In this document: piece after piece, positions 8,594 to 18,767 of the stretch
Layout of the letters: each line of letters opens with the position of its first letter
How positions within the stretch are numbered: position 1 is the first letter of the stretch
Source of the DNA: Eubacteriales bacterium
GTDB taxonomy: Bacteria > Bacillota > Clostridia > Oscillospirales > CAG-272
Direction of reading: 5' to 3'
Assembly (NCBI GenBank): GCA_045531485.1
Contig: JAZSEC010000061.1
Location: 1 to 63,718 of the forward strand
DNA length: 63,718 nucleotides
Notes under the pieces: generated by a model
Told to the model about the DNA's origin: nothing
The model's database searches: none
What the model saw: only the letters and a program-made list of their open reading frames with translations
Program-made: the position numbers and the translations under genes

Positions 8594-10099
8594 TTATTTT
8601 TTCTTGGGAAATGCCTTTTCGTAGGCTGCTTTTGCACCGCCGATAACCGCACCAAGACCGCCTGCGTTCTCCGACTGCTGACCCACGAACCAAAGGCCCT
8701 CGATAGGTGTCTTGTGGGTGGGATTCTGCTGTCCCCTGATGGGAACAACGCCGCCAAAGGAGGATTTCTTCATGTGGGTGTACTCGGAGTAATCTCTCGC
8801 GGTCATTATCTTCATGGTTTCAATATGCTTTGAGAGATCGGGAAGCTGCTTTTCCGCAAGGCTGATAAGCTTCTCTGCATACTCCTGCTTTTTCGACTCC
8901 CAGTCGCCGTCCTTCAGGGTGTCGGGTGCAACGGTGTAAATGGTCACACAATGCTTGCCCTCGGGAGCAAAGTCGTCTGCGTGGTCGGAGGGAACGAAGA
9001 TAAGATAGCCGTCGTGACCCTCGTGGTACTCGCCTGAGCGAAGCTTCACGGTCGCCGAGTGGAGATCGTACATACCGTAGCAGTAGACGAGAGCCGCACG
9101 CAGATACTGCATGGGATCGTAATTTACACCCAGATGGAGCATAAATACCGCCTCCATCGGTCTGAAGGTGTCGAGTATTTTACGGTATTCGTCATCGAGA
9201 TGCTCTCTGCCTACCGTATCCTCGAAGAAGTCTTTACCCGCACCGCAGCCGACTACCATATCGGAGGCGATCTCCTCGCCGCCCTTAAGTCTTATGCCCT
9301 TTGCCTTGCCGTTTTCTACAAGCACCTTCTCAACGATAGTACCGTAGTGGATACTGCCGCCCTTTGAGGTGATATAGTCTGCCAGTGCTTCGGGTATTTT
9401 CTGGCATCCGCCCTTAACGTAGCAGTAGCCGGGGTAATACTTCTTGCCGTTCCTTTCAAGAGGAATACGCTTATCGAAGGCGGTCTCAAAGTTGGTAAAT
9501 ACTACTCCAAGACCCTCTGCCTCTGCGGGATCGGCACAGAAATCTGCGAATATTCCCGTATAAAGCGTGCAGATCTTCTCGGATTTAAAGAAATGACGTG
9601 TAAGCTCGTCTGCATTCATTCCCGCGTATTTTTTCACCTTAGAGAAGGCGAGTGCGAGTCTGAGCTTTTGTATAAGAGAGGGCTTCTGTGTGGCGATATA
9701 TCTCAGATGCATAACGTCATCGTAGAACTTATAGTATCTGTCAATGCCGTCCTTATCCTCGGGGAACAGCTCCTTGAGCCTTTCGCGACGCCAGTACGGG
9801 CCGCCGTACTCCTTGGGAGTGATCATATCATAGTCGGGCATGATGATATCTCTGTCTGCCCTGACTGTATCAAGATGAATACCAAGCTCGTCAAGGAGGT
9901 CGTATATAAGCTCGCCGGGAAGCATATCGCCGATAAGCAGGGGACCCTGCTCGAACTTATATCCCTCGTGCTCCAGCAGTGCAACAACGCCGCCGGGCTT
10001 GTGGTTTTTATCGTAAATATGTACCTCGTGGCCATCCCTTGCAGCAAGTGCACCAAAGGTAAGACCGCCAAGGCCTGCACCTATTATATTAATTTTCAT
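8594..10099 (-). CDS. NAD(P)/FAD-dependent oxidoreductase, phytoene-desaturase (CrtI)-like fold
   Basis: N-terminal MKINIIGAGLGGLTFG dinucleotide-binding motif. Start set at ATG 10099, which has AGGTGA 5 nt upstream; the track start at 10108 is a GTG. The gene overlaps the upstream transporter stop by 11 nt. Confidence 0.75.
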   Translation of the reverse strand: MKINIIGAGLGGLTFGALAARDGHEVHIYDKNHKPGGVVALLEHEGYKFEQGPLLIGDMLPGELIYDLLDELGIHLDTVRADRDIIMPDYDMITPKEYGGPYWRRERLKELFPEDKDGIDRYYKFYDDVMHLRYIATQKPSLIQKLRLALAFSKVKKYAGMNADELTRHFFKSEKICTLYTGIFADFCADPAEAEGLGVVFTNFETAFDKRIPLERNGKKYYPGYCYVKGGCQKIPEALADYITSKGGSIHYGTIVEKVLVENGKAKGIRLKGGEEIASDMVVGCGAGKDFFEDTVGREHLDDEYRKILDTFRPMEAVFMLHLGVNYDPMQYLRAALVYCYGMYDLHSATVKLRSGEYHEGHDGYLIFVPSDHADDFAPEGKHCVTIYTVAPDTLKDGDWESKKQEYAEKLISLAEKQLPDLSKHIETMKIMTARDYSEYTHMKKSSFGGVVPIRGQQNPTHKTPIEGLWFVGQQSENAGGLGAVIGGAKAAYEKAFPKKK

Positions 10100-11495
10100 T
10101 GCTTTCACCTACGCTGCTTGTGGCTCTCCTCTCCTGAAGCTGACGCATAACCTCTGCGTGGGACTCCTTGGTGATGGGATACTTAAGGAGAAGGGGAACG
10201 CAGATGAGAAGAAATACGGCAGGAATAAGTGCGAACATAATTCTGATAGCGGTTACAGCACCCTCGGGCTGACCGGAAACGCCGGCTGCCTCCAGATCCT
10301 CGATATATCCGCCAAGCTCAAGACCCCAGCCGCATACAGCGGATGCAAGTGCACCGGTGATCTTACCGCTGGTTGCATGTACGCCATAGTAAACGCCCTC
10401 GCGTCTTTCACCTGTCATAAGCTCGTCGTACTCGATGACGTCGGGGATCATAGAGTGGGGACATACCCACTGTGCCGAGAAGCCAAGGCCTGCGATCGCC
10501 GCCAGAACGAAGATAATAACGCTCTGTCCCTCGGGCAGGAAGAATACCGCGATAAGTGCCGCGGATGCGATGGTAAGACCGAGAGCATAGGTTTTTGCCT
10601 TACCGATCTTGCCGGACATAATTCCGCAGGGAACGAGGAATACTGCAAGAGTACCCATCATTGCCAGCATGATGAACAGACCAAGCTCGTCCATGTGCAG
10701 ACGGTGGGATATGTAGTAGTTAAGCATCGTGGTTACCATGGTAAAGCTGATGGACATGATAGAGGTGATGATAACGTACATAACGAAGGGCTTGTTCTTG
10801 AAGGTAGAAAGAATAGATTTTACGGGAGGAAGCTCGGAGGGCTTGCTTTCCACGGCGGGAGTGTACTTGAGGAAGAGGCCGGGAATAAGCATGGAGATGC
10901 CACCGAGAACGCCGAAGGTAAGTGCAACCAGCGACCAGCCCTGAGCGATCGAAACGCCGAAGATACTGCTGAATACACCTGCAAGAACGTTGCTGACGCC
11001 CGCACCTGCAATATAACCGATAACCGAGAATACCATTCTGTAGGTGGAGAGGGAGGTTCTCTCGTTATAGTCCTCGGTAATCTCTGCGGTCATTGCCGAA
11101 TATGCCGTTGCCGTCAGGGTATGGAAGGTATCGAATAGGATAAAGCTACCGACAATGAGGAAGAAATATGCCACGTCGCCAAGTCCCTGGGGAATGGAGA
11201 ATACGCCCCAGAAGGAAAGTGCAAAGGGCAGAGCACCGAAGATAAGATAGGGTCTACGCTTGCCCCATCTGGACTTGGTCTTGTCCTCAAGATAGCCGAA
11301 GAGTGTGTCGTTGATGAGGTCCCAGGTGATCTTACCGACCAGCATAGCCGTACCTGCAAGACCTGGCTTTACACCAACAACGTCGGTGTAGTAGAAGAGC
11401 ATCGAGAACTGAAGCATCGCGGTAACGACCGCCATACCGAAGTCGCCAACGCCGTACTTTAACTTGGTAATTACGCTGAGCTTTCCGTTTTTCAT
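10089..11495 (-). CDS. MFS transporter, glycoside-pentoside-hexuronide (GPH):cation symporter family
   Basis: About 12 TM helices. The N-terminal KLKYGVGDFG and a YxDxxG-type region are typical of MelB/GPH carriers. Confidence 0.8.
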   Translation of the reverse strand: MKNGKLSVITKLKYGVGDFGMAVVTAMLQFSMLFYYTDVVGVKPGLAGTAMLVGKITWDLINDTLFGYLEDKTKSRWGKRRPYLIFGALPFALSFWGVFSIPQGLGDVAYFFLIVGSFILFDTFHTLTATAYSAMTAEITEDYNERTSLSTYRMVFSVIGYIAGAGVSNVLAGVFSSIFGVSIAQGWSLVALTFGVLGGISMLIPGLFLKYTPAVESKPSELPPVKSILSTFKNKPFVMYVIITSIMSISFTMVTTMLNYYISHRLHMDELGLFIMLAMMGTLAVFLVPCGIMSGKIGKAKTYALGLTIASAALIAVFFLPEGQSVIIFVLAAIAGLGFSAQWVCPHSMIPDVIEYDELMTGERREGVYYGVHATSGKITGALASAVCGWGLELGGYIEDLEAAGVSGQPEGAVTAIRIMFALIPAVFLLICVPLLLKYPITKESHAEVMRQLQERRATSSVGESNEN

Positions 11496-11519
11496 AACGA
11501 AATCTCCTTTTTTAAATAT

Positions 11520-11575
11520 TAGATATAAACATATCTACAATGTTAATTTTAACATAATTAGAAGATGTTTGTCAA
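11520..11575 (-). promoter_or_regulatory. Promoter plus palindromic operator candidate of the GPH-oxidoreductase operon
   Basis: On the minus strand: TTGACA (11575-11570), 18-nt spacer, TAAAAT (11551-11546). A perfect palindrome TAGATAT-AAAC-ATATCTA (11520-11537) sits just downstream of the predicted start site. Confidence 0.5.
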
Positions 11576-11693
11576 TGTTTTTTCTTCTTTAGGTTTCGGA
11601 TAGGATTTTTGCGGGCTTAAAAATAAATATTTACTGCCGTGGGAAATCCTTTTTTAAAAACGGTCCGTCCGAAAAAAATACAGCAAAAAGCAG

Positions 11694-11724
11694 AAAAAAG
11701 CCGACACGTATGTCGGCTTTTTTG
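11694..11724 (-). terminator. Intrinsic terminator after dusB
   Basis: AGCCGACA-CGTA-TGTCGGCT hairpin with a T-run on the minus strand. Confidence 0.8.
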
Positions 11725-11736
11725 ACAAATATCATG

Positions 11737-12717
11737 CTATTCCTTATCTATTAAGGCACTTTTAAGAGCTTCTTCCACCTGGGAGTAGGTGAGAGAGCGG
11801 TTGATCTCGGCACGGATGCGTGCCGCACCTCTGAAGGAACGAAGATATAGTGCGATCTGCTTTCTCGCCTCGGGTATGGCAATCCGCTCACCCTTATCCT
11901 CAATAGCGGTGCGAAGCTGGAGCAGGGCGATCTCTATCCTTTCCTCAAGAGATGGCTCTACGAACTCGCCTCCCTCCAATGCGGAAATGATCTCGCTGAA
12001 GATAAACGGGTTGCCAACGGCTCCTCGTCCGATAGCAATTCCGTCTGCTCCCGTATCACGAAGCATAGCGATGGCAGATGCTCCGTCGACTATATCTCCG
12101 TTGGCAACAAGGGGTATATGTAAACTATCCTTGACATTTTTGATAATTTCGCGGTCTGCAAGACCTCCGTACATCTGTTCACGGGTGCGTCCGTGTATGC
12201 AGATCAGCGATGCACCGCCCTCCTCGGCGGCTCTGGCACATTCTATGGCGTTGATGCTGCTTTTGTTAATTCCCGACCTGATCTTCACGGTGGTGGGAAT
12301 ATTCACCGCACCGGACACCGCACGGGTTATTCTTTCTATAAGCTCGGGATTTTTCATCAGAGCCGATCCCTCACCGTTGGTGAATATCTTATTCACCGGA
12401 CAGCCCATATTTATGTCTATGGCTATAGGAGGCATAGATTCCATTGTATTGGCGAGAATTCCTGCCGCCTCTGCCATGATTTCGGGCTCCGAGCCGAATA
12501 TCTGTACCGAAACAGGACCCTCGTCGGGCAAAACTTTTGCCAGGGCAAAGGTTTTTTTGTCGCCAAAGACTACCGCCTTCGCACTGACCATCTCGGTCAC
12601 CGAATGCTCTGCACCGTACCTATGGCATACCAGTCGCATAGCTCTGTCGGTGTATCCCGCCATCGGTGCAAGAAACAGTCCGTGACGAAATTCGTATGAG
12701 CCAAGCTTTATTCCCAT
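11737..12717 (-). CDS. dusB: tRNA-dihydrouridine synthase
   Basis: LAPMAGYTD, a TIM-barrel FMN motif and CIHGRT. Start moved to MGIKLGS (ATG 12717), which has GGGAGG upstream. Confidence 0.9.
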   Translation of the reverse strand: MGIKLGSYEFRHGLFLAPMAGYTDRAMRLVCHRYGAEHSVTEMVSAKAVVFGDKKTFALAKVLPDEGPVSVQIFGSEPEIMAEAAGILANTMESMPPIAIDINMGCPVNKIFTNGEGSALMKNPELIERITRAVSGAVNIPTTVKIRSGINKSSINAIECARAAEEGGASLICIHGRTREQMYGGLADREIIKNVKDSLHIPLVANGDIVDGASAIAMLRDTGADGIAIGRGAVGNPFIFSEIISALEGGEFVEPSLEERIEIALLQLRTAIEDKGERIAIPEARKQIALYLRSFRGAARIRAEINRSLTYSQVEEALKSALIDKE

Positions 12718-12896
12718 AGAAAAGCCTCCCTTCGTTTTCTTTCCTATAAATAATATCATTTTTACTCGGTCGTGTCAAGCAATTTGATTTTTTATGCTCC
12801 TTTTTCGCCCGACTTTTTTAAAACAAAAGGAGTCATGCCCTTGAAAAGGGACATAAGGTGTGTTAAAATAGTAAAAAAAGAAAAAGGGAGAGCATC

Positions 12897-15800
12897 ATGG
12901 CAACAAAATGGACCGACGAGCAGTTATCTGCGATAAATACCAGGGACAAGACTCTGCTTGTATCTGCGGCGGCAGGCTCGGGCAAGACGGCAACGCTTAC
13001 CGAGCGAATCATTCGCTCGCTGACAGACCCGGTGTCCCCCATGGACATTGATTCTATATTGGTGGTTACCTTTACCAACGCGGCGGCAGGTGAGCTTCGT
13101 GCGAAGATCTCTCGTGCTCTTACCAAGGCGGTGGCAGAAAATCCCGAGGACGCCCATCTGAAAAGGCAGCTGTATCTTCTTCCCGCTGCCAAAATAAGAA
13201 CCATCGACTCCTTCTGCAACGAGCTTCTCCGTGCCAACTGTGACAGGGTCGGACTTACTCCCGGCTACCGAATTGCCGACACTGCCGAGTGCGAGCTGCT
13301 GGCTATTTCCATCATCGAGGGACTTATTGAGGCGGTCTATAACGATCAGCTTCCGCTTGTCGCCTCTGCCACCGAGTTTGAGGAGCTTGCCGACTGTCTT
13401 ACCGATTCGGGCAGGACAGAGGAGCTTTCCCAGGTGTTCAGATACATTCATCTTAAGTGCGACTGTGCGGAGGAGGGTATTCACCTTCTTGCTAAGCTTA
13501 TCGAGAATTATAATTGCACCGACCTCCCGGTTGGTAAAACCAGATACGGCTCCTATCTCATGGATCGCTATCGCGAGATGCTTGACCATTATATCGCCTG
13601 CTACGACAGATATATAAGAGATTTTGCTCACGGAAACGAGGGTGAAAAGAAGTATCTTGTATGTGCCGAGTCCGACCGTGAGATGCTTTCCACACTTCGA
13701 AGGGCAGAGAGCTATGATGAGGCACGCTCGGCAATTCTCGACTACACCCTGATGACCAAGCCCGTCGTGCGAAAGGACAAGACCGACCGTATGGAGAGCT
13801 TCTCGGTGCTTCGCGATATGATGAAGTCCGACCTTCTTGATATGAAGGATTATTTCGCATATACCTCCGACCAGTGGCGTGAGCTTTTTGCCTCGCTTCA
13901 CAGACTTCTCTCGGTGCTTTACCGCTTCGAATGTGAGTTTGACCGCCTCTTCACCGAGGAAAAGCGACGCAGAGGAGCACTTTCCTACGCCGATATTGAA
14001 AGATATACCTATAACTGTCTTATCAAGGACGGAGAGCCTACCGATATCGCTCACAACGTGGCATCGCAGTTTGACGCCATCTACATTGATGAGTACCAGG
14101 ACGTAAACAGCCTGCAGAACCGTATTTTTGAGGCTATTTCAAGATCCAACAACAGATTTATGGTTGGTGACATAAAGCAGAGTATTTACGGCTTCCGCTC
14201 CGCCTGTCCTGAGATATTTGCTAATATGAAGAGCTCCTTCCCCCGTCTTTCCGATGCTACGGGTGATGCGGCGTCTATATTTATGTCATCCAATTTCAGA
14301 TGTGACAAGGGTGTCGTGGATTTTGTAAACAATATCTTTGACCGTGCCTTCACCTTCGTGGGCGAGTCTATCGGCTACGTGGACAGCGACAAGCTGGGAT
14401 ATGCCAAGATATACGATCATGGCGAGCCACAGTATTGCTATCCCACCGTCTGTATGCTTAACAAGACTGTCGGGGAGGAGAATATCTCTGCCATCGCGGT
14501 TGCCGAGAAGATACGCGAGCTGCTTGAGAGTGGCAGACTTGATGACGGCAGTCCCGTAAAGCCGTCGGATATTGCCATAATTCTCCGTAACGCCAGAGGC
14601 CGTGATGCAGAATATGCCATCGCACTTGAGAATATTGGCATACCCTCCTGCATTTCGGGTGCAAAGGACTTCTTCCTCTCTCCCGAGGTGCTGCTGGCAC
14701 TCTGTCTGCTCAACACCATAGATAACCCCAGCCGAGATATTTATCTTGCAGGTCTTATCTGCTCGCCGCTCTTTAATTTTACTCCCGACGAGCTTTATCT
14801 TATCGGACAGATGAAGCGTGGCAGCCTCTACGAGTCGCTGGTTGCCTACGTTCGTGAGAATCCCGAGTTTACCAAGGGCGTGTCCTTCCTTAATACTCTG
14901 GAATATTACCGCATTATTGCCGAGGGCGTTGGCGTTGATACGCTTATCTATAAGCTCTATCGCGAGACCGGTCTTATGTCGCTTGCATCCCGCAGCGGCG
15001 GTAAGGAAAATCTTACTCTGCTTTACGACTATGCCAGAAGCTATGAGGCCGGCTCCTTTAAGGGACTTTACAACTTCATAAGCTTCATTAATAATATCAT
15101 TGATAAAAAGACCACCTTTGATGATGCCAGGGCAAGAGCCGGTTCAGACGCGGTGAAGATTGTTACCGCTCACGCATCAAAGGGACTAGAGTACCCGATA
15201 GTATTTCTTGTTGAGGCCGATGGCAGAATTTATAACAAGGATCGCACATCCCGTCTTGCCTTCTCGGAGGATTTCGGTATTTCCTTCCGTCTGCGTACGC
15301 CGTCGGGTCTTGCTGTGGTAAATAATCCCGTGCAGGATATCATCAATCACAGAATAACCAGAAAGCTCTACGAGGAGGAGCTGCGTGTGCTTTACGTTGC
15401 TCTCACCCGTGCCAGAGAAAGGCTCTTTGTGGTCGGTGAGTGCCCTCTATCGGATATGGAAAAGTACGAGCTGGAGATGGAGGTCATTCGTGAAAATCTC
15501 TCGGAGTACTCCTTCCGCGAGCTTGACTCCTACCAGGAGATAATTCTCGCCTGCGAGGGCTCGAGGGCGGTTGGACTTGATGAATTCTGCAGCCTTGCCG
15601 AGAGGGACGAGAATATAGTCGAAAGTGAGGAGAGCAATATCCAAAACGACTGCGTGCTTGATGATTCGGTGCTTCGTGAGGAGCTGATCCGCAGATTCGG
15701 CTACCAATATCACTCGCCCTATCTCACCGTTCTTCCCGAAAAAATGTCGGTGTCTACCATGTCGCCCACCGTGCTTGACGGTAGTGAAAATGACGAAAAT

Positions 15801-16457
15801 CAGCCATACGTATTCACGATTGATGAACAAAAGGGTGAAAAGCACAGCAAAAAAGAGGACAGCGGACGGAAGATACTACCCGCCTTTGCCCTCGGTGACA
15901 ACGCAGATGAAAGTGCGAAGCGAGGCATCGCAACCCATCTCTTTATGCAGTTCTGCGATTTGGATAATCTTTATAAAAACGGAGCAGCCCAGGAGCTTGA
16001 ACGCCTGACATCTGAAGGATTTATCGGTAAAGAGGACGCGAAAAGAGTAAGGCTTAACGAGATCGAGCTGTTCAGAGAATCACAGCTTATACTTGATATG
16101 CTCTCGGCAGATAAGATCCACCGCGAGCTTAGATTTAACGTTTATCTTCCCGCCTCTGCCTTTACCGCCGATGAGAAAAAGAAGGAGGCATATAGGGATA
16201 AGGAGATTCTCGTCCAGGGCGTTATAGACTGTATTATCGAGAATAGTGACGGCAGTATTTCTCTCTGCGACTATAAGACCGACCGACTGACTAAGGCAGA
16301 GATCAGCGATCGACGTCTGGCTGAAAGAAAGCTGAGAGATAAGCACTCTATGCAGCTTGGCCTTTACTCTCTGGCTATCGAAAAAATCTTTGGTAAGAAG
16401 CCTGAGAGTGTTGAGATCTATTCGCTCCCGCTTGGCGATACGGTTTCAGTTTTCTAA
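12897..16457 (+). CDS. addA: ATP-dependent helicase/nuclease subunit A (AddA/RexA)
   Basis: UvrD-type Walker A (AAAGSGKT). C-terminal PD-(D/E)XK nuclease motif GVIDCI...LCDYKTD. 1186 aa. Confidence 0.9.
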   Translation: MATKWTDEQLSAINTRDKTLLVSAAAGSGKTATLTERIIRSLTDPVSPMDIDSILVVTFTNAAAGELRAKISRALTKAVAENPEDAHLKRQLYLLPAAKIRTIDSFCNELLRANCDRVGLTPGYRIADTAECELLAISIIEGLIEAVYNDQLPLVASATEFEELADCLTDSGRTEELSQVFRYIHLKCDCAEEGIHLLAKLIENYNCTDLPVGKTRYGSYLMDRYREMLDHYIACYDRYIRDFAHGNEGEKKYLVCAESDREMLSTLRRAESYDEARSAILDYTLMTKPVVRKDKTDRMESFSVLRDMMKSDLLDMKDYFAYTSDQWRELFASLHRLLSVLYRFECEFDRLFTEEKRRRGALSYADIERYTYNCLIKDGEPTDIAHNVASQFDAIYIDEYQDVNSLQNRIFEAISRSNNRFMVGDIKQSIYGFRSACPEIFANMKSSFPRLSDATGDAASIFMSSNFRCDKGVVDFVNNIFDRAFTFVGESIGYVDSDKLGYAKIYDHGEPQYCYPTVCMLNKTVGEENISAIAVAEKIRELLESGRLDDGSPVKPSDIAIILRNARGRDAEYAIALENIGIPSCISGAKDFFLSPEVLLALCLLNTIDNPSRDIYLAGLICSPLFNFTPDELYLIGQMKRGSLYESLVAYVRENPEFTKGVSFLNTLEYYRIIAEGVGVDTLIYKLYRETGLMSLASRSGGKENLTLLYDYARSYEAGSFKGLYNFISFINNIIDKKTTFDDARARAGSDAVKIVTAHASKGLEYPIVFLVEADGRIYNKDRTSRLAFSEDFGISFRLRTPSGLAVVNNPVQDIINHRITRKLYEEELRVLYVALTRARERLFVVGECPLSDMEKYELEMEVIRENLSEYSFRELDSYQEIILACEGSRAVGLDEFCSLAERDENIVESEESNIQNDCVLDDSVLREELIRRFGYQYHSPYLTVLPEKMSVSTMSPTVLDGSENDENQPYVFTIDEQKGEKHSKKEDSGRKILPAFALGDNADESAKRGIATHLFMQFCDLDNLYKNGAAQELERLTSEGFIGKEDAKRVRLNEIELFRESQLILDMLSADKIHRELRFNVYLPASAFTADEKKKEAYRDKEILVQGVIDCIIENSDGSISLCDYKTDRLTKAEISDRRLAERKLRDKHSMQLGLYSLAIEKIFGKKPESVEIYSLPLGDTVSVF

Positions 16458-16463
16458 ATAAAA

Positions 16464-16501
16464 AGTGCATATTTGTAAAGTAAAATTTACAAATATGCAC
16501 T
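16464..16501. terminator. Bidirectional AT-rich hairpin terminator
   Basis: AGTGCATATTTGTAAA-N-TTTACAAATATGCACT between the convergent addA and protease genes. Confidence 0.6.
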
Positions 16502-16517
16502 ATTCTTATGTCTTGCC

Positions 16518-17819
16518 TTAATCTACATTATTGAAATCGCTCTCGCGAACGGTGAAGGAAACGTTCAGCTTCACACCGCCTCTGGTAATATTAAGCACCA
16601 CTACGCTGCCTACGTTTGCCTCAAGCATAGCGTCTGTTACGTGGTGGACCTGTGTAACCTTGTATTCCTTGCCGTCGACGGTGATGGAATTAATTACGTC
16701 ACCAACCTGCACCTTACCAACTGCAAGGCTGGCGGGGGAGATCTCAACGACCTCAACCATATTTACCTCGTAGATCTCACTGCCGTCGGGGGATATTTCA
16801 ACGCCCGATACGTATGCGGTGATGGTTATACCGAGCAGGGGCTTTCTTACGCTGGTGTTTCTGTATCCGTCACAGTTGCGAAGAATATTATCTGCTACTC
16901 TTACCGCGAGATTTATGGGAATAGCGTATCCCATATTATCAACGTCGGAGCTTACGTCCTTGGCTACCACTATACCGACCAACCTTCCTTCTCCGTCGTA
17001 AAGACCGCCACCGGAGTTACCGTGGTTTACCGCCGCGTCAACACGCATTACTCTGAGCGAAACCATAGATCCGTCAGCACCCGAAAGGTCGAGATTTTCA
17101 CTCTCCACGCTTACGATACCCTCGGTTGCAGACATGCCCATGCCCTCGGAGTTTCCTACCGCGTATACTCTGTCGAATACGCGAACCGCCTCGGAGTCGC
17201 CGAGTGTAACAGCCGTAGCATAGCTGTTCTTGATAACCTCACTGCCGCTGACCTTAAGCACTGCGATATCGTAGGTCACCGAGCCGCCGACCAGCTTTGC
17301 CTTGATAGCATAGCTTTCAAGATGCATGCCGTAGAGGTAGAGCTTTATCTCACTCGCTCTGCCGTAGCCCTGATCGTAAACAACGTGATAATTCGTAATT
17401 ATATAGGCGTCACCCTTACTCTTATCAACCTGATATATAATGCCCGATCCGGCACTTGCCGAGCCGCCGAAATCACACACAATGGTAACCGAGGAAAGCA
17501 GGGATCTGGTAAGACCGGGCAGACTGTCGGTGCTGCCATCGGTGCTACCGGGATAAAATTCACCGTAATTATCGCTGGTTATGTCATCATCCTGGCCGGG
17601 GAGGGGAATAATGTCGCTGTTATTGCCTCCGTCCTCAAGATCACCGCCGTTTCCGCCGTCGCCCTCACCCTCGTCTGAGCCGTTATCCTCCGGGAACATA
17701 GCGTCGAAAATGGCGTCGTAAATTCCAAAATCAATAACGCAGGATGTCAGCGAAAGCGTCATTGTTGCAATCATCAGCAGCAACGCCACAAGTCTGATAA
17801 TGTTGTTTTTTAATTTCAT
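16518..17819 (-). CDS. Trypsin-like serine protease (S1C/HtrA-like) lipoprotein with C-terminal PDZ-like region
   Basis: Catalytic triad contexts NYHVV, DIAVLKV and GNSGGGL. Lipobox LTSC. Start moved to MKLKNN (ATG 17819), which has a GGAA RBS. Confidence 0.8.
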   Translation of the reverse strand: MKLKNNIIRLVALLLMIATMTLSLTSCVIDFGIYDAIFDAMFPEDNGSDEGEGDGGNGGDLEDGGNNSDIIPLPGQDDDITSDNYGEFYPGSTDGSTDSLPGLTRSLLSSVTIVCDFGGSASAGSGIIYQVDKSKGDAYIITNYHVVYDQGYGRASEIKLYLYGMHLESYAIKAKLVGGSVTYDIAVLKVSGSEVIKNSYATAVTLGDSEAVRVFDRVYAVGNSEGMGMSATEGIVSVESENLDLSGADGSMVSLRVMRVDAAVNHGNSGGGLYDGEGRLVGIVVAKDVSSDVDNMGYAIPINLAVRVADNILRNCDGYRNTSVRKPLLGITITAYVSGVEISPDGSEIYEVNMVEVVEISPASLAVGKVQVGDVINSITVDGKEYKVTQVHHVTDAMLEANVGSVVVLNITRGGVKLNVSFTVRESDFNNVD

Positions 17820-17981
17820 CTTCGTAAATTCCTTTCGTAAATATGAGAAAATTCGCATTTTTTACGAATTTTATTGACAAATAATTATTATGATGATAAA
17901 ATATTATAACAAAAAAAGAAATAATAATCAATAGAAATAATGTAAAATATTGCTTTATATTGTAATTTGGAGGTAAATAAC

Positions 17982-18767
17982 ATGACTGTTGCTATTATTA
18001 CCGGTGCCTCTAGCGGAATCGGTGCCGAATTTGCCAAGGGATATGCAGGTAGAGTTGACGAGCTTTGGCTCGTTGCCCGCCGCAAGGATAGAATGATCGA
18101 GCTGGGCGAGAGCCTGGGAGTAAAATACAGAGTGATCTCTGCCGACCTTTGTAAAAAGGAGGGAATCGACGCTATAAGAGAGGCTCTGGAGAGCGAAAAG
18201 CCTGACGTAAGATACCTTGTAAACGCTGCAGGCTTCGGTGATTTCGGCGGCTTTGACGAGATAGATGAGAGCAAGGTTGAGATGATGATCGACCTTAACG
18301 TAAAGGCTTTGGTGCTTATTACCCACATGGTGATTCCTTATATGAGTCGCGGTGGCAGAATTATTCAGCTTGGCAGCGGCTCCTGCTTCACGCCTCTTCC
18401 TTATTTCAACACCTATTCCTCGGGCAAGGTGTTCGTGCTTCATTATACAAAGTCTTTGAACTTTGAGATCAAAAAATACGGTCTGCGTGCCACCTGCTTC
18501 TGTCCCGGCTGGGTACACACCGAGTTTATCGGTAAGGCTACTGCCAAGGGTGGCGTTACCCGTCCTCGCGACGGTGCTATGAAGCCTCTGCTTAATTGCG
18601 AAAGGGTGGTTAAGGGCTGTATCAAGGCATCCGATAAGGGCAGAGCAATGTACGTTACCAACTGGTATACCAAGCTTCAGCATCTTCTCTTCAAGATCCT
18701 TCCCGATCCGATCTTAACTCATCTCTGGCTTGGAATGCTTGAAAAAGGAGAGGAAAATGAAAAATAA
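17982..18767 (+). CDS. SDR family oxidoreductase
   Basis: TGASSGIG cofactor motif and YSSGK (YxxxK). Start moved to MTVAIITG, with GGAGG 8 nt upstream. Confidence 0.85.
   Translation: MTVAIITGASSGIGAEFAKGYAGRVDELWLVARRKDRMIELGESLGVKYRVISADLCKKEGIDAIREALESEKPDVRYLVNAAGFGDFGGFDEIDESKVEMMIDLNVKALVLITHMVIPYMSRGGRIIQLGSGSCFTPLPYFNTYSSGKVFVLHYTKSLNFEIKKYGLRATCFCPGWVHTEFIGKATAKGGVTRPRDGAMKPLLNCERVVKGCIKASDKGRAMYVTNWYTKLQHLLFKILPDPILTHLWLGMLEKGEENEK

Noticed and set aside
12760-12896. LexA/SOS box (GAAC-N4-GTTC) in the dusB-addA divergent promoter region
   Set aside because: I looked for one and found no match.
12924-14054. 376-aa minus-strand ORF inside addA, together with similar antisense ORFs at 1652-2635, 10158-11138, 16641-17678 and 35927-37009
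   Set aside because: All are antisense to genes with strong family motifs. Long shadow ORFs are pervasive in this genome and none has start signals.
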